Source of the DNA: Xylographa opegraphella
Taxonomy: Eukaryota
Assembly (NCBI GenBank): GCA_022813865.1
Contig: JALDZX010000039.1
Location: 62,001 to 126,000, forward strand
Direction: 5' to 3'
Length of the DNA: 64,000 nucleotides
The position numbers and the translations under genes are program-made. The notes beneath the pieces are model-generated. The model was given only the letters and a program-made list of their open reading frames with translations, searched no databases and was not told where the DNA came from. Of the stretch, positions 38,045 through 50,466 are shown piece by piece; position 1 is the first letter of the stretch, and each line of letters opens with the position of its first letter.

Positions 38045-41000
38045 TCAATTCGCGAAGCACACCCAGCTCGCCCAGTCCATCGGCTTCCACATATTCCCCT
38101 CCCCTCTCCAATCACATACGGCACGATGCAATGCCCTTGGAAAGACATCCGCATCCGGCTCATCCTGTCCCACCTTCCACTCCTTCGCTACCTGGGCATA
38201 GAAGCCAGCCGCGATTTCCAGCGCACTCGCCTGATACGCCTGCCATAGCGTGCCAATCACAGTGGGGAATCCGGCTAGGAGAAAGGCCTTGGCGAGATGG
38301 GTGATCTCGTCCGTCTCGTTGGCTTGAGGATCGATGGCAGAGTGGCAAGCGGAGAGGAAGAGAAGTAGCGGATTCGCGATGTCCATCTCTCGGATCTGCG
38401 CGACCGTGCACGGGTCTTTGTCGTCGCGAAGAAGGACCAGTCTGCTCTTGGACGGATCGATGGGGTGTGGGAGCCCGTGGCAGGTGAAATGGACGATGCG
38501 TGCCCAATGCATCATGTCGCGCGCCACGCCGAGATTGCACCTGTTGATGGTGTTTTTGGTGAACGACTCTCCAAGACTTGCACAGATACGTCGATTTTCC
38601 TCTGCGACGGCCAGGTCGACAAGTTTACCTTCAGGGACATCGGGCGAGGTGGACATTCCAAAGAGTGTGAAATCGCGATTGGCGTTGCGGTAGTACCGGA
38701 TCGACGGTTTGCGTTGCTGTGAAGCCATACTGGCGCGAATTGATGATAGATAGGATGACACAGCATGTTGGTCCATGTAGTCGCTCGACTCTTCAGAGTA
38801 TATCCCAGCGGCGTGGATCGGTAGCTGACTGAAAACACCACATGCAACCCATTTGATGCGTGGTAGGTTAGTGCTTCGCTTTTTGAGATTGAGGAACTGG
38901 ACAATCGGTTTACCGACTGTCTTCCATAACCATGTGAGCATTGAGCGAAGTTTCTCGTTAGCCATTCCCTTTTGGGCTTCGTGACGTTGACAGGTTTCTA
39001 TTGCGTTCCTGAGCACAGAAGTGCGAGTAAGGAGCTGCTCATGGGTACAACGATGGAGTTGTAGCTTCTGGAAGCCATCACAAGTGGTGACGAGCGCATA
39101 AGTGCCAAGTCTTGAGGCGATCAAATGGATAATATAGCTATTACGGGCTTCCCACATACATCGTTGCTGGCTGAAAGGTTGAGCAAGAATTCCAACGTCG
39201 ACGATTTCTTTCACGAGCCTGATGAGGTCCATAGACTTATTTGCAAATTTCTCACCTATGGAAATATTGTCTTCATAGTCAGCTGTAGGCTGCTTTTGAA
39301 GCTGGCTTCGAATAAGCCGAATCTGAGGTAATAGCTCTTGTTCAGGGTCAAATGCATAGCTTCTTACTGTATTCATTCCATGGCGACTGCCCAGCTCCCT
39401 ACCATTTTCAAGCGCAAGGATGGATGTCCAAGGATCTCGACCTCGTGTCAGCCAAATACATGCTATCGTGATGGCAAGATTTGATGCATGAGACAGTTCA
39501 GACAAGTATTCATCAGGCTCCAGTAGGAAGAGTTCCAAATGCCCCAAAATTACTGCCGCCATGTCCGCAAGCTCCAAGGCAGTCTCAAGGTCATCCAGTA
39601 CGATAAACTCGGTGAGAGCTCTCTGATAAGTCTCAGCACGTTTGAGCGACGCGCCTGCACGCCAGTAGAGTCTGTTCCACGTGCTCCATATAATCGTCGT
39701 CTCTGGCCTTCCTGGGTCAAGCTTTAATAGTAGCTCGTCAATCCGTAGGTCGAACCGAAAGAGCACACACTGAGTGTGCTCAGCAGATGTAACAATATCT
39801 GAGTCCTGAATTCTTGGTGTGTCGGTTGAGAGTTGCAGGTCGTAAAGGTAAGATCCTCTCGGTGGCACGGCTTGCTGTGACTAATTATTAAATGACCCTA
39901 TATTTAGTGCACTAGAGGTGCATTTGCTCCTGGCAAGAGGAGCAAATGCATCGTTTTCCCCCACATGATCAGATCGAAAGCGATTACGAAACTCTCTCAA
40001 ATACGGCATCCACATAGGTAAGTGACTTGAGCGACGAAAAAAGTTTTCAATCTGCAAAGGATTCGCTTTATTCAAGCTTCGTATCTGCTCGATTAACGCT
40101 TGGTAGAGCTTGAAGAGTAACTGAGGTTTTTTAATACTCCATCCATGAGTACCTTGGATGCTCATTCGTAAGGCCACGACAGCTACTGCGAGATCTTGTG
40201 AATCTCGAGCGCTTGCATAACGAGAAAGAAGCACGTCTGCGCTGGTTTCCAAAGTTTGCACAACCCAGCGCTGATAACGTCGCTGTGTTATCCGTGACTG
40301 ATTACTAGAAGGAGTCATACCAGATATAACAACATTATTGGATAGTGTGTTGCCTGTGCTATTGCCCGTAATCCTGATCCCACTAAGACTTTTGGAGATC
40401 CCAGTTCGCGTGAGCAGAGTGTCTGACAAATTCAGGGCGAAGATAATAAGCTGGACTGCTAACGGTAACGAGTCTGGAAGTGAAGTGCCTAGGTAGACTT
40501 GCAAGCCTGTACTAGCAGCATTATTGAAGCACAATAGCCTTCCAGGGTCTATCTCTTTGATCCCTGAAATAGCATTCGAGGCATACACCATGGCCATATG
40601 CAGGTGCTTTTTAGCATTCCGAACTCGACCTCTCTGCCGAATGAAAGTCTGACAATGAATTTGAGATGAAAGTTCAAGTGCAACGGGATAGAATGAGCCG
40701 CGGCTAGGAGTTACCCCGGTATTCTCGACTTCCCAGGTTCGGCCTTGAATTACCTGATTTATATACTCAATAGCAACATCCGACTCATCTGGCTGGTCTT
40801 CAAACCGGGAGAAAAGCGAAGTCCGTGCAGCCTGCTTGGTATACGACTGAAATCGGCATTCTGAAGACATGGAACCAATCAGCAAGACAGCCTGCGTGTT
40901 GAGCGCTAGAGCGTCGTCAAGATCTCCGGTTCTTCCAAAATATATGTAGCGCGTCATGTACAGGTTTCCAAGGTTATCAGCTGTATATCTTGCTTCTGCG

Positions 41001-41461
41001 TTGTTATTGCGTAAATTAGCCCAGGCTTGTTTTGCATATGCGATGGATGCATTTAATGTATTGAGATATTCATAATCCCAAAAATCATCTTCCAAACGAG
41101 CAGATAAGTTGCGCATAATACAGTAATAGTCCTTTTGTGTGGCTAAGTACCACGCACGGTGTGTATCATTAGGTTGACATCGATCCACGGCAGGGTTCAC
41201 TCTTGAGCCGATGATCCTCAACAGCTCCCGGTCTCGCTTTTTATCGGCGTTTGTCTTCTGCCATGTGATGAAGAGGCAGTTCGCAAGGCAACAAGAGCAT
41301 ACTGAGAACAGTGGTGATGTCACCGGTAGCACTTGTAGCAGATTTTGGCCAAGTATAATGGCTTGCGCTGTGTTCTCCGAGTTTTTGTTTGCGTTTAAAG
41401 TGCGATAGGCGCCTATAAAGCGATCGATATGATCTTCCGAGGCTTGCTCCGAAGTAGCCAT
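38045..41461 (-). CDS. Helical-repeat (TPR-like) + CHAT-domain caspase-like protease, interrupted by one in-frame TAG at 39881-39883
   Basis: ORFs 41461-39881 and 39868-38045 are in the same frame, separated only by TAG plus 4 codons. TPR-like NLGNLYMTRY..GRTGDLDDALAL. CHAT motifs LTWLWKTVGKPI, LPRIKWVACGVFSQLPIHAAG, VSSY, catalytic IVHFTCHG and LFLSACHSA, AGFPTVIGTLW, WASWVCF. Confidence 0.88.
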
Positions 41462-42055
41462 CCGTCTTGGACCACTGTCAGAACAAAAAACAAATCAGTG
41501 GCTGGCGGTGGAACAAAGCTGTCATGCGGCTTGCCCTTTCCACACACAATGTCGAAGTCAGATAGGTCTGCACTATCAGAAAGCAGTGCTCTGCGATAGG
41601 ATATTCATAGGTCACTGCTATCAAATTGAGGAGCTGAAGTGGAATAGGCTCAACCCCGCGTTTCGATATTGAACAAACCCCACTAAACCATTGGGGGCGA
41701 AATCGTAACTTTTCATTTTAGTATTTCGAGCAGGATCCCGTTATTCGAACCTGTATTGATTACTTGATGGAAGAGCAAGTATTCGTTAGCGGGTGTAAGT
41801 ATTCTTAAGATAACAGCAATGTCTCAGTGAACTTCATGACGTTGCACAAGTAAAAACCGTTCAGGTTCACAATAGCATATTCAGGAGTAGACACAAAGAG
41901 AATGATCTGGACATGGCAAAGAAGCATCGTTTTGCAAGACCGGATCCTAGATCGGGCCGGTATGTAATACTCATGGTTCGGTACCTACAGCAGATGAAGA
42001 CTTCGTAGATGAAAAGGGCTGTTCGAGTACAGCCTCGTCACCCAGAAAACTGCAT

Positions 42056-42135
42056 CATCAACCAGCTCATCAAACAGCTCATCAAACAGCTCATCAAACA
42101 GCTCATCAAACAGCTCATCAAACAGCTCATCAAAC
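42056..42135 (+). repeat. 12-bp tandem repeat (CATCAAACAGCT) x about 6.7
   Basis: One variant unit (CATCAACCAGCT), five perfect units and a partial CATCAAAC. Confidence 0.95.
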
Positions 42136-42218
42136 TTTGTTCTCATCCACAAGTGAAGATTGGTATTTCAGGCAAGGAAGAACTGACATTCGCAGTGTTA
42201 TAAAGCGACCACATTGTC

Positions 42219-43064
42219 ATGGCTCGAAACCGCGGTCGGTGACTTGCGCAGCCCATGCCACTTCCTAAGGGGACGGTTGTTTGTGGAGACCTGACTCTTG
42301 ATCCGAGTCAGCCCCATAACAATGTTCGTTCATTCCCCAGCAATCTGCCACTTGATGTCCGCTCGACGACTTTCGAGAACGTTCATAATACTCAAAGTTC
42401 TGGATTTGGCGCGGAATTTGGGATTCAGCTGATGACCTTCTTGAATGCGCAAGCTCATGCCCTGCACCTGGATCATGTCAACATCGTTGTTCCGCAAGGC
42501 ACAAAATACCTTGTGCGTAACTCCGAGCCCTCCTTTAAGAAGGCATGCGGTGAGCCAGACGTTCGAGCCTGGCTGAAAGAGCACGTCATAGATGAAGGCC
42601 GGAAGGCGGCAATGCTCGTCGGCATATACACGTACTGTAACGCGTCCTACACCCTCATCCACCAAAACCAGTTGAAGGGGCACCTTTCGGCATCGGACCC
42701 CACAGCCACGGGGAGCGCCAATTTAGGTGCTGGTATTGGCACTCTTGGTCATCAGACGTTCAACAGTCCTGAAGAGCAGATCTTTGCAGTCGAGTATAAG
42801 CCAATCAAGTTCAAACCGTGGTCAAAGAAAAAGATTGAAGAGGCAAAATTGGAGGAAGGCCCAAATCGTTGGGAGGTCTTCTTTGGTGATCGGACCAAAG
42901 GAACCGCAGCAGAGGAGGAGGAGAACATCTTCGAATTCAATTTGGACGACAACGATGACAGCGATGACAGCGATGAGAAAGATGAAGAAGACGTGGACGA
43001 TGAGGCAGGACAGAGCACTACCACATCGATGAAGTTCGAGGGAAGCAACGTTGATGAAGTCTGA
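42219..43064 (+). CDS. Fungal gasdermin-like protein (HET-Q1/RCD-1-like); in-frame TGA at codon 8, alternative ATG at 42255
   Basis: About 270-280 aa. VVCGDLTLDPSQP, DVRAWL, AMLVGIYTYCNA, Gly/Ser-rich predicted beta-hairpins (SSGFGAEFGIQL; GSANLGAGIG), SPEEQIFAVEYKPIKF, NRW, then an acidic tail of about 50 aa. Adjacent to a CHAT protease gene. Confidence 0.75.
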
Positions 43065-44369
43065 AGGAGGTTCGGAGTAATATCAGAAATCAGTCGGTCG
43101 TTGGAGATGACATTAACGTTCTTAGTTCTTAGGCGAGCTGACCCCTAAAAGCTTATTACTGTTAGCTCAAATTCTAGCGTGTGGCCGCCAACGATGGGGA
43201 ACAAATGCGCCTAGAGCTTAGGGGCGTAACAGTGGTCCGGAGACCTAAGGTAGGTATGATAGAAACCTACGTGAATTCAATCGCATTTGCTCTTTCATCT
43301 ACTGAATGAGCTGGTATCACAACTCGCACAACGACAAAGCTCAAGACAAAGTTGGGCTTCAGTATCACCCATCATACGAGAAGATCATTTCTCGAATCCT
43401 GCTGTCTACGAGTCCAGTGGCCGTGAACACATCTGGTCCGGCTGCTCAGAACGAGTCACCTCTCGCATTTCATGCTTATATACAGGTATCAATTGCGCTG
43501 GCTCTCAAGAACGGACATGATACTAGACATCTGCAAAACCCTGTGCTTTTGTGGTATTGCATTCCCGCTGGTCCAGACATCGTATCCCCAATGTTTGCAT
43601 ATCTCAAGCCTCTGGTATACACAGCCAGCTTCGGCATACAAAGCCAATTTCACAAGAATAGAACAATAAATCACACGACGAAGTCCTGAACCAGTATACG
43701 ATTTGCCAGCCACTTTTACTCCGTATAGTAAATTATCAGCGCTTGAATATTCGCCAATGAAGTCGAAATCTCGTCGAGCAAGCCCAACCTTCCCCGTTTG
43801 ATCTTACTCCCAGATTCGTGGAAAATCAAGAATAGCCCTGACCTCAGCCAGCGAGCACGGGCACATTTTCGAGGGTGTTCCATATAGATATACGGAAGAG
43901 GCGCGAGGAGACTGTGAGTGCACCGTGTGGCAGCTACGGAGTCGAAGTTAACGGCCGCAAATATTTTGCGTATTTAGGACTAGTTTCACTAGAACAGGAC
44001 CTAGCGCAGGCACGGACGTAGCCATCGGGGGATCGGGCGGTCATAAACCCGTGCGGAGTACCTGCTCAAAGTACATAGATAATGCCACGCCCCAGCGCCC
44101 CGATGAGCGCTCATCAGGCTCAAACTTGTTTCTTCGGACATCTATCCTCTTGTCGCTCGCGTATCGTATTGAGACCACCCTCCGGTCTACACCCTCCTCC
44201 AGACCGCAACTACCACCACCCCTAAGACCAACGCAGAGCAGAAGGGCTTCAAAGCTAGCATCCCCGCCCGTGTCGCTCGGCCCCAACTACCATCGGTCTT
44301 ACCCTTGCGCTCAAACTGGGGTTTCCGCACACCCAAGCCCCCTTCCCATTACCCAGCCAGCAACCCGCC

Positions 44370-44942
44370 ATGTCACGCCTCTTCCTCCACCCCGCCTACG
44401 CCGAAGACCAACCCCTCGCCCGCACCATCCTCACCACTCACGTCCTCTTCCGCGGTTTCCAATCCGGCGCCGCAGTCGGACTCCTCCTCGGCTCCGCACG
44501 ACACTCCCTCTGGCTCCTCCGCCAGCGCCGCTCCCCGTCCCCCATCGCCCAGCTCCAAGCCTCGACGCGCCTCGCCTTCCTCCCTGCCTCAATAGTCCGC
44601 TCTACCGCTGTCGGCGCCGTTGTCGGCACGGTGCTGATGGCTGTAGCTCTACCTGGCCGTATGTGGGGACGGGAAGAGATCGAGTGGAAGGATCGCAGCT
44701 GGCGGCTGTTGGAGAACAAGGGGCAGCAGGAGGTCGATACGTGGGGCGTTGTGGCCGCGGGAGTGGGAGCTCTGGTGGGGATTGGAGGGGGGAGGGGCTT
44801 AGTGCAGAGGGCGTTGTGGAATGGAGTTGTTGGAGGAGCGGGCGTGGGGACGACGGTGGGGTGGGTGGGATATATGGTTTGGAGGTACGGCGTTCACGGA
44901 GGGAAATGGCCGGATGAGGGGGTCCCGGGAATGGGGTCCTGA
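44370..44942 (+). CDS. Conserved hypothetical small membrane protein
   Basis: 190-aa ORF with Gly-rich hydrophobic helices and motifs YAEDQP..RTILTTHV and GRMWGREEIEWKDRSWRLLENKGQ; strongly skewed codon usage. Confidence 0.7.
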   Translation: MSRLFLHPAYAEDQPLARTILTTHVLFRGFQSGAAVGLLLGSARHSLWLLRQRRSPSPIAQLQASTRLAFLPASIVRSTAVGAVVGTVLMAVALPGRMWGREEIEWKDRSWRLLENKGQQEVDTWGVVAAGVGALVGIGGGRGLVQRALWNGVVGGAGVGTTVGWVGYMVWRYGVHGGKWPDEGVPGMGS

Positions 44943-45338
44943 GGCTGGAAAGAGGCCGGTTCGAGGCTACGATCGGCATAATATTCTACTTTGGCGTGGT
45001 GAGGCCTATCATTATGGGTAACGGGGTGGAGTGGCGCCTTTCTCGAAAAAAGATACCTGGCGTTTTCTCTTGGATGACACAAAACGGCAATACGGGATGG
45101 GAGGTACGAAATCCTTGAGTTAGCCCCGAAATTTACATCGTTTTGTCTCAACATGCCATGCATTGTGAGATCTAACACAAAATATCAATTAAAAGACATC
45201 GAAGTCCAACATGATACACAGCATAATTTATGCAAGTCGACTGTATAGACTAGTCTTGTTTCGTGCTCCGACACAATTTGCATAAAATATCCCACCCCCA
45301 TCAAAAACATCTCCGCCACCTCCCCTCCCCACCAGCAA

Positions 45339-46119
45339 ATGCGCCTCTCCCACTCTCAGCTCCGCCGCACCCTCCCTGCTCTCACCCACTCCTCCCGCAG
45401 TACTCTTCTACCCTTGACCTCCCCCGCGACGCCCCCTCGCCTCATGAGCACCACCACGCACCCCTCCCCGCGGCTCCGCTCCGTCGTCTCTTCCTTCCTG
45501 TACGTCCCCGCTCCACCTACCTTCTCCGCCCCAACCACGCCCACTCCACCCTCCCCTTCCCCTCTCCCTCAAAAAACCTCCTCTAACCCCCTCCCCCCCT
45601 AGCTGCACCGGCACCGAAAACACGCCCACCTTCCACATCTCAATCTTCAAACGCTCCCCGGCCGTCCGAGTATACCAAAACCTCTGGGCGGCCTGCAGCG
45701 GCAGCATTGACGCTAGCGACGCCAGCCCACTGGCAGCCGCGCAGCGGGAAATCCTCGAAGAGACGGGCCTCGCGCCGCCGGCGATCGAGCTGCTGCGCGC
45801 GGGAGCCAGCTACGAGATCCTGGACGAGGAATTGGACACGCGCTGGACCATCTGGCCGTTCGCGTGGGTGCTGCGGGGCACGGATGGGGAGAGGGTGATG
45901 AGTGCGGAGGAGGGGAGGGCGATGGTGAGCTTGGATTGGGAGCATACGGATGTAAGGTTCGTGAGGCCCGAGGAGGTGAGGGGGATGAGGACGGTGGAGC
46001 ATTTGGAGTGGAGTTTGGGGAGGGTGGTGAGGTTGGGGGGTGGGGAGGTGGGGGAGGGAAGGGAGGGGGAAGGGGGGAGGGAGATGGGAGGTGAGGAGGA
46101 AGGGGGGAAGAGTGATTGA
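45339..46119 (+). CDS. Nudix hydrolase
   Basis: RSVVSSFL|(intron 45500-45602)..IFKRSPAVRVYQNLWAACSGSIDASDASPLAAAQREILEETGL (Nudix box), WTIWPF, LDWEHTD. Start at 45339 or 45444. Confidence 0.85.
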
Positions 46120-46655
46120 GATGGTTGGGGGAGGGCGGAGACTAGGTTGGGGTCCTGTGATGTCGTGAGTCGAGAATGGAGAGATTCGGTGGCACGGCGC
46201 GGCCATCGCCAAGGTCCTTATCCTGATCGAGTGGTGCAATACTTCCACGTTGACAGGGTACGTACCGACTCGCAGGAGACAAGCATCACGCATTTCTTGC
46301 CATTTAACGAAAGAGGGACGGAGGTAGCAGGGTAAGAATATCCTTGTCTTAAGTGTGCATTGGAAATAGAAGCAGCGTTATGGTGATACAACTCTGTCAT
46401 CGACTTTATGTATCTAGCTAGCTTCAAAAACTAAATTGCTACAGCCGCTAGTATCGTCTTCATCATTTTATCGAGCAGCCCTCATAGGGTCTCCTCTGCA
46501 CTGTAGCACCGAGAAAGCTTGGTCTACCGATGTGCAAACGCCCTCCGCTATGCACAGCCAAGAATCATGGCCCAAACACCACAGCCATGCGATCCGAAGC
46601 TGCGCATTCCGCAAATGCTCTAGATGGTGTATATGGAATGCAAATCGATTTGGTA

Positions 46656-49600
46656 TTAGCTGTCACTGAGAGAGATGATATGTCGGTGATCTTTGGGTAT
46701 CCTAGTTCCCTCTGTACCCTCAAATTTCCTCTTTGACGAAGTAGTTGTGTCCTTAAATTCTAGGTCTGGGGAAGGCTTACCACGCGTTGCCGGACGCGTT
46801 GGGGATTCAGGAATTTCCTTGGGCAGTTTGCCGGGTCCGTTCTCCGCACTTTCGGCTGCAAGTATGTCGGGTGAGCGCTCTTGGGCCACGGAATCCTGAC
46901 TATCTAGAACGATCGGAGCATTCGTTGTGATTACGGACGGGATAGCCGAAGGTTTATGCTGCTCTTCTGGCCTGTCATTGATCTGTTTTCGTTTCATCGG
47001 GACTCTGTGCGACAGTGGATCGGCTTCATCAATCGACAAAGCGGTCTCCAAAGCAGCGCGCCGAGAATTTGGAGGAGGATCTCCACGCTCAGCCGCTTCT
47101 GGTTCAAGGTCTTTCGTTGAAAGCATATCCTCCCCGGCACCATTGTTTACGGGTAGTTTCTGGTCTTTTGTCAGACGCGCGAAGGTTTCCTGACCCATCT
47201 TGGCTATCCCATCGCCAAGTTTTGCCGCTGCTTCTCTCTTCTGTTCACTTCTTTCATCCTCCTGCTGTGAATGCAGTCTCTGGACTAGATCTCGCACAGT
47301 TACACGCATCACTGAGGGGTTTAACTTCGGCCAATCCCTTTTAGAATCAAATTCTCGCTGCAAGACCTTTGTGACAAAGTCCCGTGGATCCTCAACGAAC
47401 TTTTCTATGTAACCAAGTAAGAAGAGCCCACAATCACAGAAATTGTCCTGTAAAGGAATCTGCTTCACAGTAATGCCCTTGATTTGGAGACCGTCAAATA
47501 CCATACCGCCCCGTTTGTCTTTGGCTTCTTCGCGCAAATAGTCCTTCAGTACACGAATAGTGGGAGAATGTGCTATACCGAGAGAATCGAGCGTTATGAT
47601 GGCGGGCTGCTCAGGATCGAAAACCCGCGGCGGTGGGATAGACTTTCGCTTGCCTTTCCTCTGAGATGCAGGAGTCGGCCCAGTCAAGTTTTCAGCCACG
47701 GCAACATTATTTGTCTCAGCCCCGAGAGCGTGTTGCTTGGGCTGCTGCAAGAGAGAATGGTTCGGATCATTCATAAAAACGTGCTTGAATAGACCTTTTG
47801 GTGACGAACTGCCTTCTGGATGTACATCCTTGACCTTCTCAGAAATCGATTTATCTTCCCTTTCGCTCAGCTGTAGATCCGCGAATGACTCGGTTGCATC
47901 CTCATCCTCAACCTTTTGGAGGTCATTACTTGCATCTTTATTTTGCTTATTATCTTCGTCCTCTGGAATGGCCGAACTGTCTTCTGGCGGCTCAGCCTCA
48001 AAGTCATCGAGAGCTTCAAACTTCTCTGACCGCGGCGAGTCAGATCTGTCATCACCTTCGATGTTGGGAACGCGATCTAGCGCACGCAAGTTGCAGATGA
48101 TTGCAACATACCAATGTGCAGATTCGTTAATTGGCACGACCGCATAGTCGTACGTAAAGACATCGATATTACGCGTCCATTTACGGACGGCTTCGTAGTT
48201 AATACCTCTCTTGCCCCTGACAGTTTGAGTGAGGCTCGCAAAGAAGTATGTGTTGAACCAGTAAACTTTTTTCGCCACGTCAGGTCTATGTAATTCCAGG
48301 TGGTATTCGAGATATCGCAGGTAGAAACCCAGCAGATTGTCGTTTAGGAATTGGCCATCATCTAGTCGTTCAAGGTCGTCATATTCTACTGTTGTCTTCT
48401 TCTTTCCAACTTTTGGAAAGACCAACGCTTTCTTCCACCTTGTTCCAAGTCCATGTGTTCTAGAGTATCGGAGCTCTTCTGGAAACTCTTCGGACAGGAG
48501 AGAAATCCCTTGGGGAGGACTGAAGAATCTTCCAGTGGATGCCTTCGATCTTGTGGCATGTGAACTGTTGCTAGTGTTGAGCGTGTTGTTAAGTATCCGA
48601 TCGATTCGCGTTTGTGGCCGTGAAATTGCAAGGTCCTCGTCGCTATAATTCAGCAGTTCGTGTGGCACATGGTGCTTTGACGTTGTAAGCGGATCTTCCA
48701 TCGCCAGTGGATCTAAGACAGTGTTCTTATTTCCCTGGAGATGACCAATGATCTTATAGTCTTTCCGTCTACGCTTCAAGTTCGCTTGTTCGGTGTCACT
48801 CGTGCGGGAGCCTTTGTCATCACGTCGCTGTTTCTTCTGCTCTAGAAGCTCGAGTTCATTGTCTCTATATTTGTGAGTATTATGCTTCACGTTTGCAAGA
48901 TTTTCGGCTTCCCTGATACTGTTGTCAAAGAGTTTTTCCATATGTGGGCTACCGAGAATATTAGACTACTAGAATTATCCTGTCCTGGTTGGAAGTACTT
49001 TACCTGTTTTGATTGACTTGACGAAAATTGGTTGGCACTTCCTGAATACTAATGAGGAATTCTGCGGCTATACGCTCTGATGCGAACTTCACGGCAACTT
49101 TTGACGGATATCCCTCGCCCCGTGAGAAGACAAGCTGCACTACAGGGGAGCCTGAGGACCAAATAACCCGGTTAGCTTTCAAAAGTGGTATATAACGGCT
49201 TGTATGTTTCTCCGATAGGTTTTGACCGTTGTGGTGAAGATCAAGGCTCTCGCCTTTGTCGTCAAAAACAAGGCCGAGACCGTATTGACCACTCTCGAGA
49301 TAGAAATCGTCAATGACAATCGCACGACATTCATAGCCATCAACTCGTCTTGCACGTGTTTTTTTACGCGGCTTTGTTACTTTTGCAGGCTTCGATGCGG
49401 AGTCTGTAAACTTTGTAGGTTTGATGTTGCTAGATTCCAGATCTGCAGACTTTGCGAGTGGTGAAACACTTCTTCTCTGCGCTCGCTCCTCTTGCGAAGG
49501 GCTAGCACGTCTGGGAACTCTTTGTGGCGACAACCTTGAAACTGAGGCATAGTCACGTATGGGAGATGTCGCAGCTAGTTCATCAGAACTTGTGGCACTG

Positions 49601-50466
49601 TGTGAATTGCGCCGTTTGCCATCCATAGCAACAAACGTATCGCTTAGATTGTGGGGTTCAATGCCAGCATAGACATCCAAAGGTTGTGGTGAGGTTTCAG
49701 AACGGCTCAGACCAGGATCGCCGTTCTGAGGGTGTGATGAATTCGCGAAGTATTTGGACTGCGTGTCAGACCGCGTATTGTTGTTGACCATTCGCTTGAA
49801 CGATTGGCTATGTGCCTGTCCGCTTCCTCCACTCGGTTGAGCTGTTCCCTTATATGGTTGTCTTGGCACCGAATCGCTTCCTGTAAGGTCGATTGACACT
49901 GTTTCTTTACTGCGAGGTTGCAATTTCGCAGCCATCTTTGGAGGACGACCACGGGATCGAGCATATTTATCACTGTTCATCCGCTTCTCTAACATTTCGT
50001 GGCTGTCAAACGCCTGCCGGAGGACTATAGGTCGATCCGTAATGGTAGAAGACGTGAGACTCGTTGACGCATTCGGTTTTCGTGGAATTTCCACTCTTAC
50101 GGAATTCCTGCCGAGCAGGTCATCACCATCATCATTGGACTCGTTCTCCTCCACCAGCCGTAAATTCTGGGTTTGTGTCTTGTGTGCGATCTTCTGCCGC
50201 TTTGAAGCGCGAGTTTCCACAAGGACTTCGGAGAGAGGCTCCCTAGGCTGAGCGTACTCGACGTTGTTTCCGGAGATGGCTGATGTAAAGAGACTGCCGA
50301 ATTTTCCAACCGCCCTACCAGCTCCATTCCTCATAACCGTCAGAGTGCTCTGTTGTGGGTTGTGCTGCGCCACGAGCGTGTTCATAGGGCGCGGCCCTCC
50401 ACCAGGAATCTCCCAAGACGTTAGCTAAGGTATAGACCATCAGTACAGAATACAGCGTACTGGCAT
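46656..50466 (-). CDS. Ulp-family SUMO protease (C48), Ulp2-like
   Basis: DLERLDDGQFLNDNLLGFYL, FNTYFF, VRKWTRNIDVF, VPINESAHWY, ITLDSL, QDNFCDCGLF. Long N-terminal exon 50385-49003. The start (MP|IPGGG) is uncertain. Confidence 0.88.

Noticed and set aside
42056..42135. CRISPR-like array
   Set aside because: Units are contiguous with no spacers, and the DNA is eukaryotic.
42009..42203. ORF with (QLIK)n repeat
   Set aside because: It is only the translation of the 12-bp tandem repeat; no other coding evidence.
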